Shown piece by piece: positions 1 through 8,473 of a stretch of 64,000 nt of DNA. How positions within the stretch are numbered: the stretch's first letter is position 1; each line of letters begins with the position of its first letter. Both the position numbers and the translations under genes were made by a program. Location of the stretch: the IMG/VR virus record IMGVR_UViG_3300041411_000080, positions 256,859-320,858 of that record; one strand, written 5' to 3'. The notes beneath the pieces were generated by a model. That model saw only the letters and a list, made by a program, of their open reading frames with translations. It did no database searches and was not told the origin of the DNA.

Positions 1-253
1 CCACCATCTGGGCTTGAACGGCATAAAGCACAGAGTACCCCACGGAGTCACCCATGAAGTACTGCTGTACGAATTCGCTATCGTCTAATGAGTGACATCC
101 ATTAAACCATTGATACTCAATATAAGCTATCATGGCGTCATTTATATCACTCACCGATAAACCAACACGATCACCTAATAGTTCAACCAGATGTAGTGAT
201 GGCCCGTATACCACTTCCGGGGACAGTCTGATCAGGATATTCTTTATCATCAT
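1..253 (-). CDS. hypothetical protein, truncated at window edge
   Basis: Manual translation MMIKNILIRLSPEVVYG... stays open to base 1; overlaps the end of the upstream gene. Confidence 0.6.
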   Translation of the reverse strand, partial: MMIKNILIRLSPEVVYGPSLHLVELLGDRVGLSVSDINDAMIAYIEYQWFNGCHSLDDSEFVQQYFMGDSVGYSVLYAVQAQMV

Positions 254-650
254 GATGTTTGATTATCAGATACAGGTCTTCATATTCAGGAGAGGTCACA
301 AAGGAGTGCAGAGCGAGTGTGCCATTGTCCGGCAGGTATGGACGTATCGCTTTATGACAGTCAAGCAGATAGGAGACAACGGCTTGTCGGTCATCATCGG
401 AGAGATCCTCTGGTGGTGGATGTTCTTCGTCTGGATCATCAAGCCTTCTACCAATAAGTTCCTCTGCTGTTTCAGTAATTGTTTCAACATACGTTTCGCC
501 GAGTTCTTTAACTGGGTTGATAACGGCAATCGTAGCGATCGCGTTTAGGAACTTACCACGGGGTCCGAAGAACCACGAGGCAGTAGCCCAGTGGTCGCTT
601 CCGAACGCTGTTGCATTCCAGTGATCTAATGCAATAAGGATGGTTTTCAT
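183..650 (-). CDS. hypothetical protein
   Basis: 155 aa ORF, coupled to the stop of 647..1705. Confidence 0.7.
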   Translation of the reverse strand: MKTILIALDHWNATAFGSDHWATASWFFGPRGKFLNAIATIAVINPVKELGETYVETITETAEELIGRRLDDPDEEHPPPEDLSDDDRQAVVSYLLDCHKAIRPYLPDNGTLALHSFVTSPEYEDLYLIIKHHDDKEYPDQTVPGSGIRAITTSG

Positions 651-1705
651 TGGCTAAGGTTAAGTACCTGTTGGGGACGCTCGATATATAGACGCTCCGC
701 GATTACCCGTTCTTTGTCCGGGAGATAGTCATTACGAATGAAAGCACGCAGTAGGTCTTCTTCATACTTTTCAGTCAGCGAGGTAAATTGTTTCTTGAAG
801 ATAGCCAAGATGTTGGTACCGCGATAGTATTCCAACGTATAGCTTTCGTCTTTCTTGATACTGCTACCCAGCCAACCCAGACCAAAGGCAATGATCAGTT
901 TCGATACCACATCAGATTGGAACTTCTCAAGATCATGGATGTTCAACATCTTAAGGAGAATACCACTCATCCGAGGTGCTGCTGTCTGAGCCAGTTCGAT
1001 CTGAGGGTTAACCTTGATCAGTGTGTCGCAGAAGATTCCAGAGATGAACTCCGATGGATCAGCAAAGAAGTCCGAGATAACCTTACGCCAGAACGGATCA
1101 ATCTCCACCATTGGGTTCTGTACGTGTGCCATCAGGGCAGCCATGTTACCACCGTAACGTAGTTTGAACTGATTGTACAGATAGTTGATCGGGTTGCAGC
1201 AGTTTACAGTTACCACCGCTTCGTCATCAGTACTCAGAGCTTTCGCTTCTTTGTGGTACTCGGTAATGCGATGGTCTTCACCTTCATGCAATGCAATCAG
1301 TGTACCTACCTTAACGGCATTCCAATCCGTCCAGCTACCCACAGTTACATACCGGTTGATCTGCAACCCGATTTCATAGACCGCACCTTGGAACAGGCTA
1401 TGACCTTTAATTTCACGGAACATGTCAGTATGAGCTTTAGTCAGCTTGTTCTTTGGGATACCCCAGAGAATAGACATGACCATCTCAGCGTTGGCTGGAT
1501 CACCGAGCTTGTGTTCCAGTAGCGCATCCAGCTCATCACGAACGACGAAGTAAAGGATGTTAGTAGCTTCACGTTGAGTGATTGTTTTCAGGCCAAGTTG
1601 TGGAGCCGTGAGTGCAAGGTGTTCCACGAGTTGTTTGATGACACCTGCTTGGTCTTGAATTTCAAGCACAATAAAACGTTTAGATCCAGACATTTCTTCT
1701 ACCAT
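647..1705 (-). CDS. hypothetical protein (probably conserved in phiKZ-like phages)
   Basis: 352 aa ORF, TAATG coupling to the upstream gene. Confidence 0.8.
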   Translation of the reverse strand: MVEEMSGSKRFIVLEIQDQAGVIKQLVEHLALTAPQLGLKTITQREATNILYFVVRDELDALLEHKLGDPANAEMVMSILWGIPKNKLTKAHTDMFREIKGHSLFQGAVYEIGLQINRYVTVGSWTDWNAVKVGTLIALHEGEDHRITEYHKEAKALSTDDEAVVTVNCCNPINYLYNQFKLRYGGNMAALMAHVQNPMVEIDPFWRKVISDFFADPSEFISGIFCDTLIKVNPQIELAQTAAPRMSGILLKMLNIHDLEKFQSDVVSKLIIAFGLGWLGSSIKKDESYTLEYYRGTNILAIFKKQFTSLTEKYEEDLLRAFIRNDYLPDKERVIAERLYIERPQQVLNLSQ

Positions 1706-2127
1706 TAATACTTAGGAACTGCGAGGAAGATCGTGTCATTAATCCGTTGATAATGAGCGTACATTCCTGCATGTTCGGGTTGGAATATAAGGCATCGGTA
1801 CAAAGCCGACCAAGCGAGATGACAAGTTTCGAATGCACGTTGCTCGTCATATGTGATATTTCTCAGGTTACGGTGAACCCAAGTATGTTCGAACGAATTG
1901 ATAGCCCGACAGATCAGGTCATCGATTACGTTCTCACGGTGCACTCGGATCTTTTGGTCTCCTATTGAACCTTGCTTAATAAGGAAGGCATGATCAGGGT
2001 TATGACCAATCTCCTTTAAGTATCGCGTCTGTGCGATATGGTTAATAAAGGATAGATCCAGCAGCGGTAATACGGGACGTATGTCGAAGGTCAACATTAC
2101 GTGGGGGAGAACAGGCTGGTTATACAT
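1705..2127 (-). CDS. hypothetical protein
   Basis: 140 aa; GAGGA SD upstream. Confidence 0.75.
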   Translation of the reverse strand: MYNQPVLPHVMLTFDIRPVLPLLDLSFINHIAQTRYLKEIGHNPDHAFLIKQGSIGDQKIRVHRENVIDDLICRAINSFEHTWVHRNLRNITYDEQRAFETCHLAWSALYRCLIFQPEHAGMYAHYQRINDTIFLAVPKY

Positions 2128-2154
2128 CAGTGATTCCTCAATTCGTACACCATC

Positions 2155-2181
2155 ATGATATAGATTCCAAATAAAATGTAT
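2155..2181 (-). promoter_or_regulatory. early promoter variant (TATATCAT)
   Basis: Near match to the phiKZ early TATATTAC motif with AT-rich upstream; oriented toward the 2127 gene. Confidence 0.4.
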
Positions 2182-2270
2182 TAAATGCTTCCCCTCGTAT
2201 AGTATACCCCTTGCGAGTATTGTTACACGGGCGGGAAGGCCTCTGAAATGCGATATAGGACGTTTTCGAC

Positions 2271-3101
2271 ATGAGCGCTATCCAATATGCGATTAACTAT
2301 ATCCGACCCCGTATTCCGCGTCAGATTCTGGAACAGGTTTTTGTTAGTAGTAACAACGCTGACCAGAATGCGATGCTTGCACCTCTAACAGGATGTGGTG
2401 CAAACGTCTCTATGGAATACCGGATTCGTGAAGCAGTTATCGAGTCACGTATTAAACCTGATCTGGAGATCATCGGGGGTACGAAGACATTCATTCCTCT
2501 GGACTATCCGGTTCGTGCACAATACGTCGATCCGTATACCACTATCTACTACGTCCCAGACGAGTATACCCAAGGTCGTCCGATCGTACAGCTTTACAGT
2601 ATCCACTTTGGGGTACTGGGTTATCAGAACTCTGGCTATGCCATGCACTTTAACGAGTCGTCTATGAACTCTGCTACTCGTCAAGTGTTGGATGCAGCTA
2701 AGAAGGTTCCTGTGGCACAGACCAGTTACTTGGGTTTGATTAACCACAACTCTTTTATGGTTCGCTTTATCTTCATGCCTTCGGCTACTGCTTTCCTAAG
2801 CTGTCGTCTAGGTAACGATGAAGAACTGAACAACATTCGTCAACCTAGTTACCCAGCGTTTGCTAAGCTGGTGGAATACGCTGTTCAAGCACACTGCTAC
2901 AATGAGATGTTCATCAGTATGGGTGAGGCTCAATTGAGTGGTGGTCAAGAACTCGGTGTGTTCCGTGATAAGATCTACGAGTGGGCTGATGCTAACGAGA
3001 AATACGATGAACAACTAAGACGTGTTCAGAAGATCCTTCGTTGCTTTAATGATCCAGAGGGTAACCGCTCTCATATTCGGACCATCACTGCGAGTCAGTA
3101 A
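2271..3101 (+). CDS. conserved phiKZ-like hypothetical/virion protein
   Basis: 276 aa, AGGA SD, followed by a terminator; lies in the conserved block near phuZ. Confidence 0.75.
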   Translation: MSAIQYAINYIRPRIPRQILEQVFVSSNNADQNAMLAPLTGCGANVSMEYRIREAVIESRIKPDLEIIGGTKTFIPLDYPVRAQYVDPYTTIYYVPDEYTQGRPIVQLYSIHFGVLGYQNSGYAMHFNESSMNSATRQVLDAAKKVPVAQTSYLGLINHNSFMVRFIFMPSATAFLSCRLGNDEELNNIRQPSYPAFAKLVEYAVQAHCYNEMFISMGEAQLSGGQELGVFRDKIYEWADANEKYDEQLRRVQKILRCFNDPEGNRSHIRTITASQ

Positions 3102-3118
3102 AAAAGAAAGGTCATATT

Positions 3119-3148
3119 GCCCAGCCATCACGGCTGGGCTTTATGCTG
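3119..3148. terminator. bidirectional stem-loop terminator
   Basis: GCCCAGCC-atcac-GGCTGGGC then TTTATGCTG, between convergent genes. Confidence 0.8.
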
Positions 3149-3397
3149 TTACTTGACTTCTACGCATTTACGGACAGTGGATACCGTAGACCAACCCATT
3201 TTGGAATGCTGAATGATAGCAGTCTCATCAAGGCGTGTACTCTCGGTTAACGCCCTTGAAGAGTCAGGGTTATTTTGAAGGTGATCGATGTACTTAATAC
3301 AATCAGCCATCTTACCGGGAACAACTGTCTCAGTGAGGGTAGCCGATTGCATACCGAATATACCAAACGCCATGGTTACGGTTTTAAGCCAGATCAT
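3149..3397 (-). CDS. small exported protein with two Cys
   Basis: Hydrophobic N-terminus, Cys pair. Confidence 0.65.
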   Translation of the reverse strand: MIWLKTVTMAFGIFGMQSATLTETVVPGKMADCIKYIDHLQNNPDSSRALTESTRLDETAIIQHSKMGWSTVSTVRKCVEVK

Positions 3398-3624
3398 AGT
3401 CCTCTCCCCGCCACTTTATTACAAGCCATGATTTGTTCAGGGGTAGCTGTACCATGTTCACCAGCCACGGTAGTAATGCAGAACCGGAAAGCAAACTCCG
3501 GTGTAGCCTGCCATGCTTTTAACTCAAGTTGCTCTTGCTTCTTAGCATCGAACTCTTTGCTACTGCAATTGGCGATCGAAGCGATAGCAACAATTGCGAA
3601 GGCCCATGGCCAACTAAATTTCAT
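3394..3624 (-). CDS. small membrane protein or lipoprotein, paralog of 3614..3838
   Basis: Signal-like N-terminus ending IANC; CI..AG..G....EQI.AC motif. Confidence 0.7.
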   Translation of the reverse strand: MKFSWPWAFAIVAIASIANCSSKEFDAKKQEQLELKAWQATPEFAFRFCITTVAGEHGTATPEQIMACNKVAGRGL

Positions 3625-3838
3625 ATCCAGTTTCCTTTTGACAAGCTTGCATTTGGTCCAGTGAAGTTACTCCAACTGATCCAGCTTTAGCGCGGATACA
3701 TCCTCGATAGTTAAGCTCGATTTGGGTTGGTACCGATTTATGTTCAACAGGCTTATGCCGGATGTCGTATGACAATTTCCCGAAGTACACTGTTGCCCCA
3801 ATGGCTACCGCTAATGCTAACCCGGTTGTTACTTTCAT
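3614..3838 (-). CDS. small membrane-anchored protein, paralog of 3394..3624
   Basis: N-terminal TM segment; CI..AG..G....DQM.AC motif. Confidence 0.7.
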   Translation of the reverse strand: MKVTTGLALAVAIGATVYFGKLSYDIRHKPVEHKSVPTQIELNYRGCIRAKAGSVGVTSLDQMQACQKETGYEI

Positions 3839-3919
3839 TCTGCTTGGTTCTCTTACTTATCTCGAGGAGCAGCTCATAAGCGTCAAACTTAACTTGCTCA
3901 ATGAGCGCTTTGGTATCCA

Positions 3920-4198
3920 TTAGTTAGACTCTACAGCTTTCTCTAGCCCGAACAAGATCAGCGACAAGATCGGGGTACTACAGTTAGGGATCACCATACC
4001 GTTCAACGTACCATCTTTCTCCAGCATAGCGAAGCCTAGATCGATGCTCTGACCTTTGACCTTATGCGTCAATCGAATACGTTCGTTATGCCGCTTAACA
4101 TTGAGGCTATTGAATTGATCCAACGACGTGCAAGTCTCAGGTAGATCCAGATCCAACCAGTCTCGCATGTTCTTGTGCAGCTGTTCTTTGCGATGCAT
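3920..4198 (-). CDS. hypothetical protein
   Basis: 92 aa, GAGGA SD. Confidence 0.7.
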   Translation of the reverse strand: MHRKEQLHKNMRDWLDLDLPETCTSLDQFNSLNVKRHNERIRLTHKVKGQSIDLGFAMLEKDGTLNGMVIPNCSTPILSLILFGLEKAVESN

Positions 4199-4207
4199 GC
4201 TAAGTCC

Positions 4208-4585
4208 TCACTCGTACCAGATATCTTTCATGGCTTTAACAGCCAGATCAAAACAGTTTGACATAATGTTTTCATTGTCATCACTTGGTGTATCGAGCAA
4301 GCGGACTACACCTTCATCATCGATGAGTTGCGAAAGCTCAATTCTGAGACCGCTGCCATCCAGTGGGGTACGTACTACATACACCACTTTGTCACCATTA
4401 AGGGCTTCGAAGGTATAGCGTAGGAACAGGTCACCATTCTCACCGTCGAGATCCAGACGTTCAAAGGACATTTTCCCCAGAGAACCTTTGTCTACGGTCA
4501 AGCCATCGAAGTGGTTACCGTTAACCAAATGGATCTCGATCAATGAGGTAAACAGATCATCCCAAAACTTGAGCTTATAGTTCAT
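4208..4585 (-). CDS. hypothetical protein
   Basis: 125 aa in a tightly packed minus-strand operon. Confidence 0.7.
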   Translation of the reverse strand: MNYKLKFWDDLFTSLIEIHLVNGNHFDGLTVDKGSLGKMSFERLDLDGENGDLFLRYTFEALNGDKVVYVVRTPLDGSGLRIELSQLIDDEGVVRLLDTPSDDNENIMSNCFDLAVKAMKDIWYE

Positions 4586-5030
4586 ATTGAATTTTCCTAC
4601 GATGGAATAGAAGAGGTTTGGCCCTAAGACCCATGACTAGTTCAGGTACAACCATTGAAGTTACACATTGCGTGAGATTGCCGGTCTCGAATGGCAGGCG
4701 TCTATCAAACTCGGATACCGATTTCAGTTTGATCGGAGTGAGTGTATGACCACATGCCACGTAATAGCGTTTATAGAACTTCTTATTCAGTCGCTCCTCA
4801 ATAACAGGATGCGACTGGAACTTAGGTAACTTGATTCGCATCCCATTAATTTCACGCCAGAGTGGTAGCAGATCGTAATGGACTATTTCTCCGACTTCAT
4901 AAGCGAAGAGTAATGCCAGTACAGGATCTGGGTTCTCGGCAATCTCCCGTATCGTTGTGGTATGGGTTGAAAGTACAAGACCTAAGTCCCCTGCAACGGC
5001 ACTATCTATCCGTGCTTTGGACTTAGACAT
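4575..5030 (-). CDS. hypothetical protein
   Basis: 151 aa, GAGGTG SD. Confidence 0.7.
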   Translation of the reverse strand: MSKSKARIDSAVAGDLGLVLSTHTTTIREIAENPDPVLALLFAYEVGEIVHYDLLPLWREINGMRIKLPKFQSHPVIEERLNKKFYKRYYVACGHTLTPIKLKSVSEFDRRLPFETGNLTQCVTSMVVPELVMGLRAKPLLFHRRKIQYEL

Positions 5031-5039
5031 ACTACACCT

Positions 5040-5198
5040 CTAAAGAGCTGACCCTAGCATCGTTGCTATGGTACATACAACAAAGGACCACTGCCATTTA
5101 CAGGTAGGGTCGCCCTCCACCCAACATCCGAACCAACAGATGGCGGTGAAGATCATTCCAATGATTCCCCAGAAAGAGAGGAAATAGGCTAGTGTCAT
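5040..5198 (-). CDS. small two-TM membrane protein
   Basis: Manual translation MTLAYFLSFWGIIGMIFTAICW...GSAL (52 aa), ATGA overlap; below the ORF-track cutoff. Confidence 0.6.
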   Translation of the reverse strand: MTLAYFLSFWGIIGMIFTAICWFGCWVEGDPTCKWQWSFVVCTIATMLGSAL

Positions 5199-5395
5199 GC
5201 TAAACCTTCTGGAAGGATGGCCGGTACAACGTCTTCATTAGTACGGGCTGGATTGTTCTTCTCTTTCTCCAGACGCACAGCAAAGTCGCGTTCTACGTTG
5301 TGGTAAGCAGCAGACATCTTTTTCATCTGACGCTTGGTCAAACGAGTGTCACCTACGATCTGTGCATTGGTACCTTTGAACTTGGTCTTCTTCAT
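5195..5395 (-). CDS. small basic hypothetical protein
   Basis: 66 aa, ATGA coupling. Confidence 0.65.
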   Translation of the reverse strand: MKKTKFKGTNAQIVGDTRLTKRQMKKMSAAYHNVERDFAVRLEKEKNNPARTNEDVVPAILPEGLA

Positions 5396-5853
5396 TTGTT
5401 AGCATCCTGTAGGCGTTGTTGAATTTGTGGATGATCAAAGATCGCCCGTTTCAAAGTATAGTAGACGTGAGTATTATGCGCATCAAAGAAACCCACGGTG
5501 TAGTTCAACGAGAAGTCTCGTTTGTACCCAAGGTAGTCAATCATGAACTTTGCACACGCTGGACTACGTGATACACCTGCGGCACAGTGCACCATAATGT
5601 CTTCACCCGGATACTTATCCAAGAAGGTGAGGATCTTTATAGCATCGATATAATCGAATACACGATAGCTATTGTCTGGCGCTTCGGTGACGTCATCACA
5701 GAAGATTCGTTGCACGTCTTTGTGGTGGGTACCGAGAGGATAAGTGTGTCGCTCGTTAGGAGCTAAGCCGTTCCACTCGTTGAAGCTGACCACTGGCACC
5801 GGAGGTTCATACGTCTCGGCTGCCCAACAGTTAAGGACAGTTACTTTAGCCAT
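5392..5853 (-). CDS. Cys-dependent (PTP/dual-specificity-like) phosphatase
   Basis: HCAAGVSRS = HCX5RS active-site loop. Confidence 0.85.
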   Translation of the reverse strand: MAKVTVLNCWAAETYEPPVPVVSFNEWNGLAPNERHTYPLGTHHKDVQRIFCDDVTEAPDNSYRVFDYIDAIKILTFLDKYPGEDIMVHCAAGVSRSPACAKFMIDYLGYKRDFSLNYTVGFFDAHNTHVYYTLKRAIFDHPQIQQRLQDANK

Positions 5854-5855
5854 GA

Positions 5856-6173
5856 CTACCTCGCATAGTTTACATTTGGAAGCATTACCAGAGTTTGTTC
5901 GTCATCACGGATAATGATATCGAAATTATTATATTGATGACCACTGAACAAAGGTAGCTTGAGGGATAACATTACGTTATCAGTGCCTTCGAACTTATGC
6001 ATGGTGAAATCATCATCGACTCCCCTACCGCCAATAGTGGCATGTCCACGGACGACTACTTCACCATCGCCGAGCAGAACGATTGTGTACCGAAGACCCT
6101 TCTGGAGGGTAGGTGCTTCAAATACATCAGGGTTGATGTAGTAAAACCCTTCGCCTCTTTTACAGTTAGACAT
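5856..6173 (-). CDS. hypothetical protein
   Basis: 105 aa, GAGGT SD. Confidence 0.7.
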   Translation of the reverse strand: MSNCKRGEGFYYINPDVFEAPTLQKGLRYTIVLLGDGEVVVRGHATIGGRGVDDDFTMHKFEGTDNVMLSLKLPLFSGHQYNNFDIIIRDDEQTLVMLPNVNYAR

Positions 6174-6191
6174 AGAAACCTCAAATACGGA

Positions 6192-6223
6192 ATAAAGCCC
6201 TACCCGAAGGTAGGGCGTTTTAT
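6192..6223 (-). terminator. terminator after phuZ
   Basis: GCCCTACC-UUCG-GGTAGGGC on the minus strand followed by TTTATT. Confidence 0.85.
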
Positions 6224-7198
6224 TTAGACTACCATGCCATCGTCATCGATGCTGTCGTCTGGATCGAGCAGCGGGTTACGCTGTACGAACATTGCTTGCT
6301 TACGGACTTGTTCGGTGCGGGTATCAGCGATACCCTTCATGATTTCCACAACGCCTACGGAGTTGATCACGAAGTGCATTTGGTCATCAGTCACATCGGT
6401 ATCATCAGCTTTCATAATACCGGCAGTGCGAACGATAGGGTTACCGAAAGCGTATTCCTTGGACTCATCCAGATACAGGCTGGCTGTAGCGATTGGTTCA
6501 GGGATTGCTTCAGCATCTTTACGGCTGGTCTCGATATGCAGCTCACATACCTGAGGAGCCAGTTCCTTATGCTTGTCAGTGAACCGTACCCAGTTCGATA
6601 CGTCATGCACATCAAGACGTACATGATTACCGTTGGTCAGGCATACCACACGACGGATGTTCTCTGCGACGCTACGGTTAATAGCATCGAAGGTAATACC
6701 GTTTACGTTCGGGGTGTAGTTAACAACGATCGGCAACTTCATACGCATGGAAATGGCTTCAAGCGATTTCATGGTATCGATATCGTTTTGCAGAACCTCA
6801 GGAGATTCGGTTGCACCGATTACGAAGCTTACGAACGAAGCACCGCGTTGAGCCAATTGGTTGGTGATCAATGGAGCAAGAGTAGAGCCCGAGCCACCAC
6901 CCAACGAATAACCGAGGATGTAGAAGTCAGCTTCTGGCAGGGTTGCCATGAAGTCCTTGATCTGATCACGGATCAGAGGCAGGATGTACTTACGGTTCTT
7001 ACCAGCACCACGAGTACCCTTAGTCAGGAACACGTTGGTTTTCTTGTGAGCGTCAACCAGGTTCTTGTCGCAGGTATCAACACAGTGGACGTTAGGCAAG
7101 TCCACCAAATGGGTAGCGATGTTAAGACCAGCACCACCAGCAAAGATCAAGCAGGTTTTTACTGGATCAGTGGATTTTTCAAAATCGTAAGGTGTCAT
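6224..7198 (-). CDS. phuZ: phage tubulin PhuZ (TubZ family)
   Basis: GGAGLNI, GAGKNR and GGGSGS tubulin motifs; acidic C-terminal tail ...DDDGMVV typical of Pseudomonas jumbo phage PhuZ. Confidence 0.97.
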   Translation of the reverse strand: MTPYDFEKSTDPVKTCLIFAGGAGLNIATHLVDLPNVHCVDTCDKNLVDAHKKTNVFLTKGTRGAGKNRKYILPLIRDQIKDFMATLPEADFYILGYSLGGGSGSTLAPLITNQLAQRGASFVSFVIGATESPEVLQNDIDTMKSLEAISMRMKLPIVVNYTPNVNGITFDAINRSVAENIRRVVCLTNGNHVRLDVHDVSNWVRFTDKHKELAPQVCELHIETSRKDAEAIPEPIATASLYLDESKEYAFGNPIVRTAGIMKADDTDVTDDQMHFVINSVGVVEIMKGIADTRTEQVRKQAMFVQRNPLLDPDDSIDDDGMVV

Positions 7199-7255
7199 CT
7201 AGTAAAGCTCCGAGCAATTGATTAGTGAAACATATGGTTCTACAACTGAGTAGAC

Positions 7256-7546
7256 TTAAGCCAACAGGTCTACGATTTCAGATCCGTTACGATCTTTCAG
7301 GAAACTGGCAAGGTACTCTGCATCGTCCTTCGCCAATGCACCCAGCTGCCACTTATGTTCTTCGCCCTCGACGATGACTGCACCGCTCTCCGGGCCAGCA
7401 TTACGAACAATAGCAAGCGCTAGGTTATTAAAACCCTTCAGCGTATTCACGCCAGTTTCTTTCATCAGCGTATCGATCGATTCCCGATTGAAGCACACTA
7501 CGGTGTTACGGGAGAAAGCATACTTAATTGGAGATGGAGTAGTCAC
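7256..7546 (-). CDS. hypothetical protein
   Basis: 96 aa, GTGA overlap. Confidence 0.7.
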   Translation of the reverse strand: MTTPSPIKYAFSRNTVVCFNRESIDTLMKETGVNTLKGFNNLALAIVRNAGPESGAVIVEGEEHKWQLGALAKDDAEYLASFLKDRNGSEIVDLLA

Positions 7547-8046
7547 GCAGATAGATCCTCGGGGAAGAATTCATAACGAGATTTTACCTTACCATTCATA
7601 CGTAAGGTGAAGGTCAGTACACGGTGGTTATTGAAACGCTCATAGCTGCCGCCATCACGGATGTGAGATTCGATCAGGCTATACATCAACTTAATTTCAA
7701 TACGGTCTTTATGGTAACCGATATCGTTAAACCAATGTTGAATCACAGACCGTGAAGGGATCTTACGGGTAGGATCAATCTCCGGGAGAGTTAGGTTGAT
7801 GTTGTGCGTAACCAACCCTTCCGAAGTATAGAACGTGAAGACCGTACCTTTACCGAACAGCTTGTTGTTCATGGTGTAGAAACCCTTAAGGTCAATACAC
7901 TCACGAGAGATTCGTTCGATCTCACGAGCTTGATGGTTAGTCAATGGAATACCATCTAGATGACATGCTTCCAACAACTGGCCCATATCAATCACTGTGG
8001 TCATTGCACCCAAAGCTTCAACCATTACATCTGGTTTAACGGACAT
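7543..8046 (-). CDS. hypothetical protein
   Basis: Start refined to MSVKPD, preceded by GAGGAG. Confidence 0.7.
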   Translation of the reverse strand: MSVKPDVMVEALGAMTTVIDMGQLLEACHLDGIPLTNHQAREIERISRECIDLKGFYTMNNKLFGKGTVFTFYTSEGLVTHNINLTLPEIDPTRKIPSRSVIQHWFNDIGYHKDRIEIKLMYSLIESHIRDGGSYERFNNHRVLTFTLRMNGKVKSRYEFFPEDLSA

Positions 8047-8174
8047 CCGTAGTCTCCTCTTCTTTAGGGGTTTCGATCGACAGTCGGGAGAACTTAGTGC
8101 CCACGGTAAGGACCACTTGCTTACCCGCGTCAATAGCGTCTTGCAGATCGGCGTTCAGATTACTATGCTTTTGA

Positions 8175-8462
8175 TTAGTTTTGAAAGTTGGCACGGCATG
8201 AATTTCCTTGATTAAAGAATGGGTCGCTAGCGATTTGAAGTGCGATGGTTTGCAAAGGATTCTTAACTAGGCCGCCGGTGGTATGGGCAGCGTAACTAAC
8301 CGATTGACTGCGTGCAGTTACAATGGCTTCAATCTTGGCTTTGAGAGCGAGTAACTCGTCAGTGCGTAGAAGACCGAGTGAAGAATCACTGTAACTCTGT
8401 TTACCACACGTGCAAGGATTATCCCAGCACGCACCACAGTTACCTAAAGACAAGTTACTCAT
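8175..8462 (-). CDS. hypothetical protein with N-terminal Cys cluster (CGACWDNPCTC)
   Basis: GAGGT SD; four Cys, possible metal site. Confidence 0.65.
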   Translation of the reverse strand: MSNLSLGNCGACWDNPCTCGKQSYSDSSLGLLRTDELLALKAKIEAIVTARSQSVSYAAHTTGGLVKNPLQTIALQIASDPFFNQGNSCRANFQN

Positions 8463-8473
8463 GTTAATACCTC

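Noticed and set aside
7997-8133. MTRVSKW... N-terminus as another SKGK-family member
   Set aside because: That extension starts at TTG without an SD and is probably untranslated; the likely start is MSVKPD at 8046.
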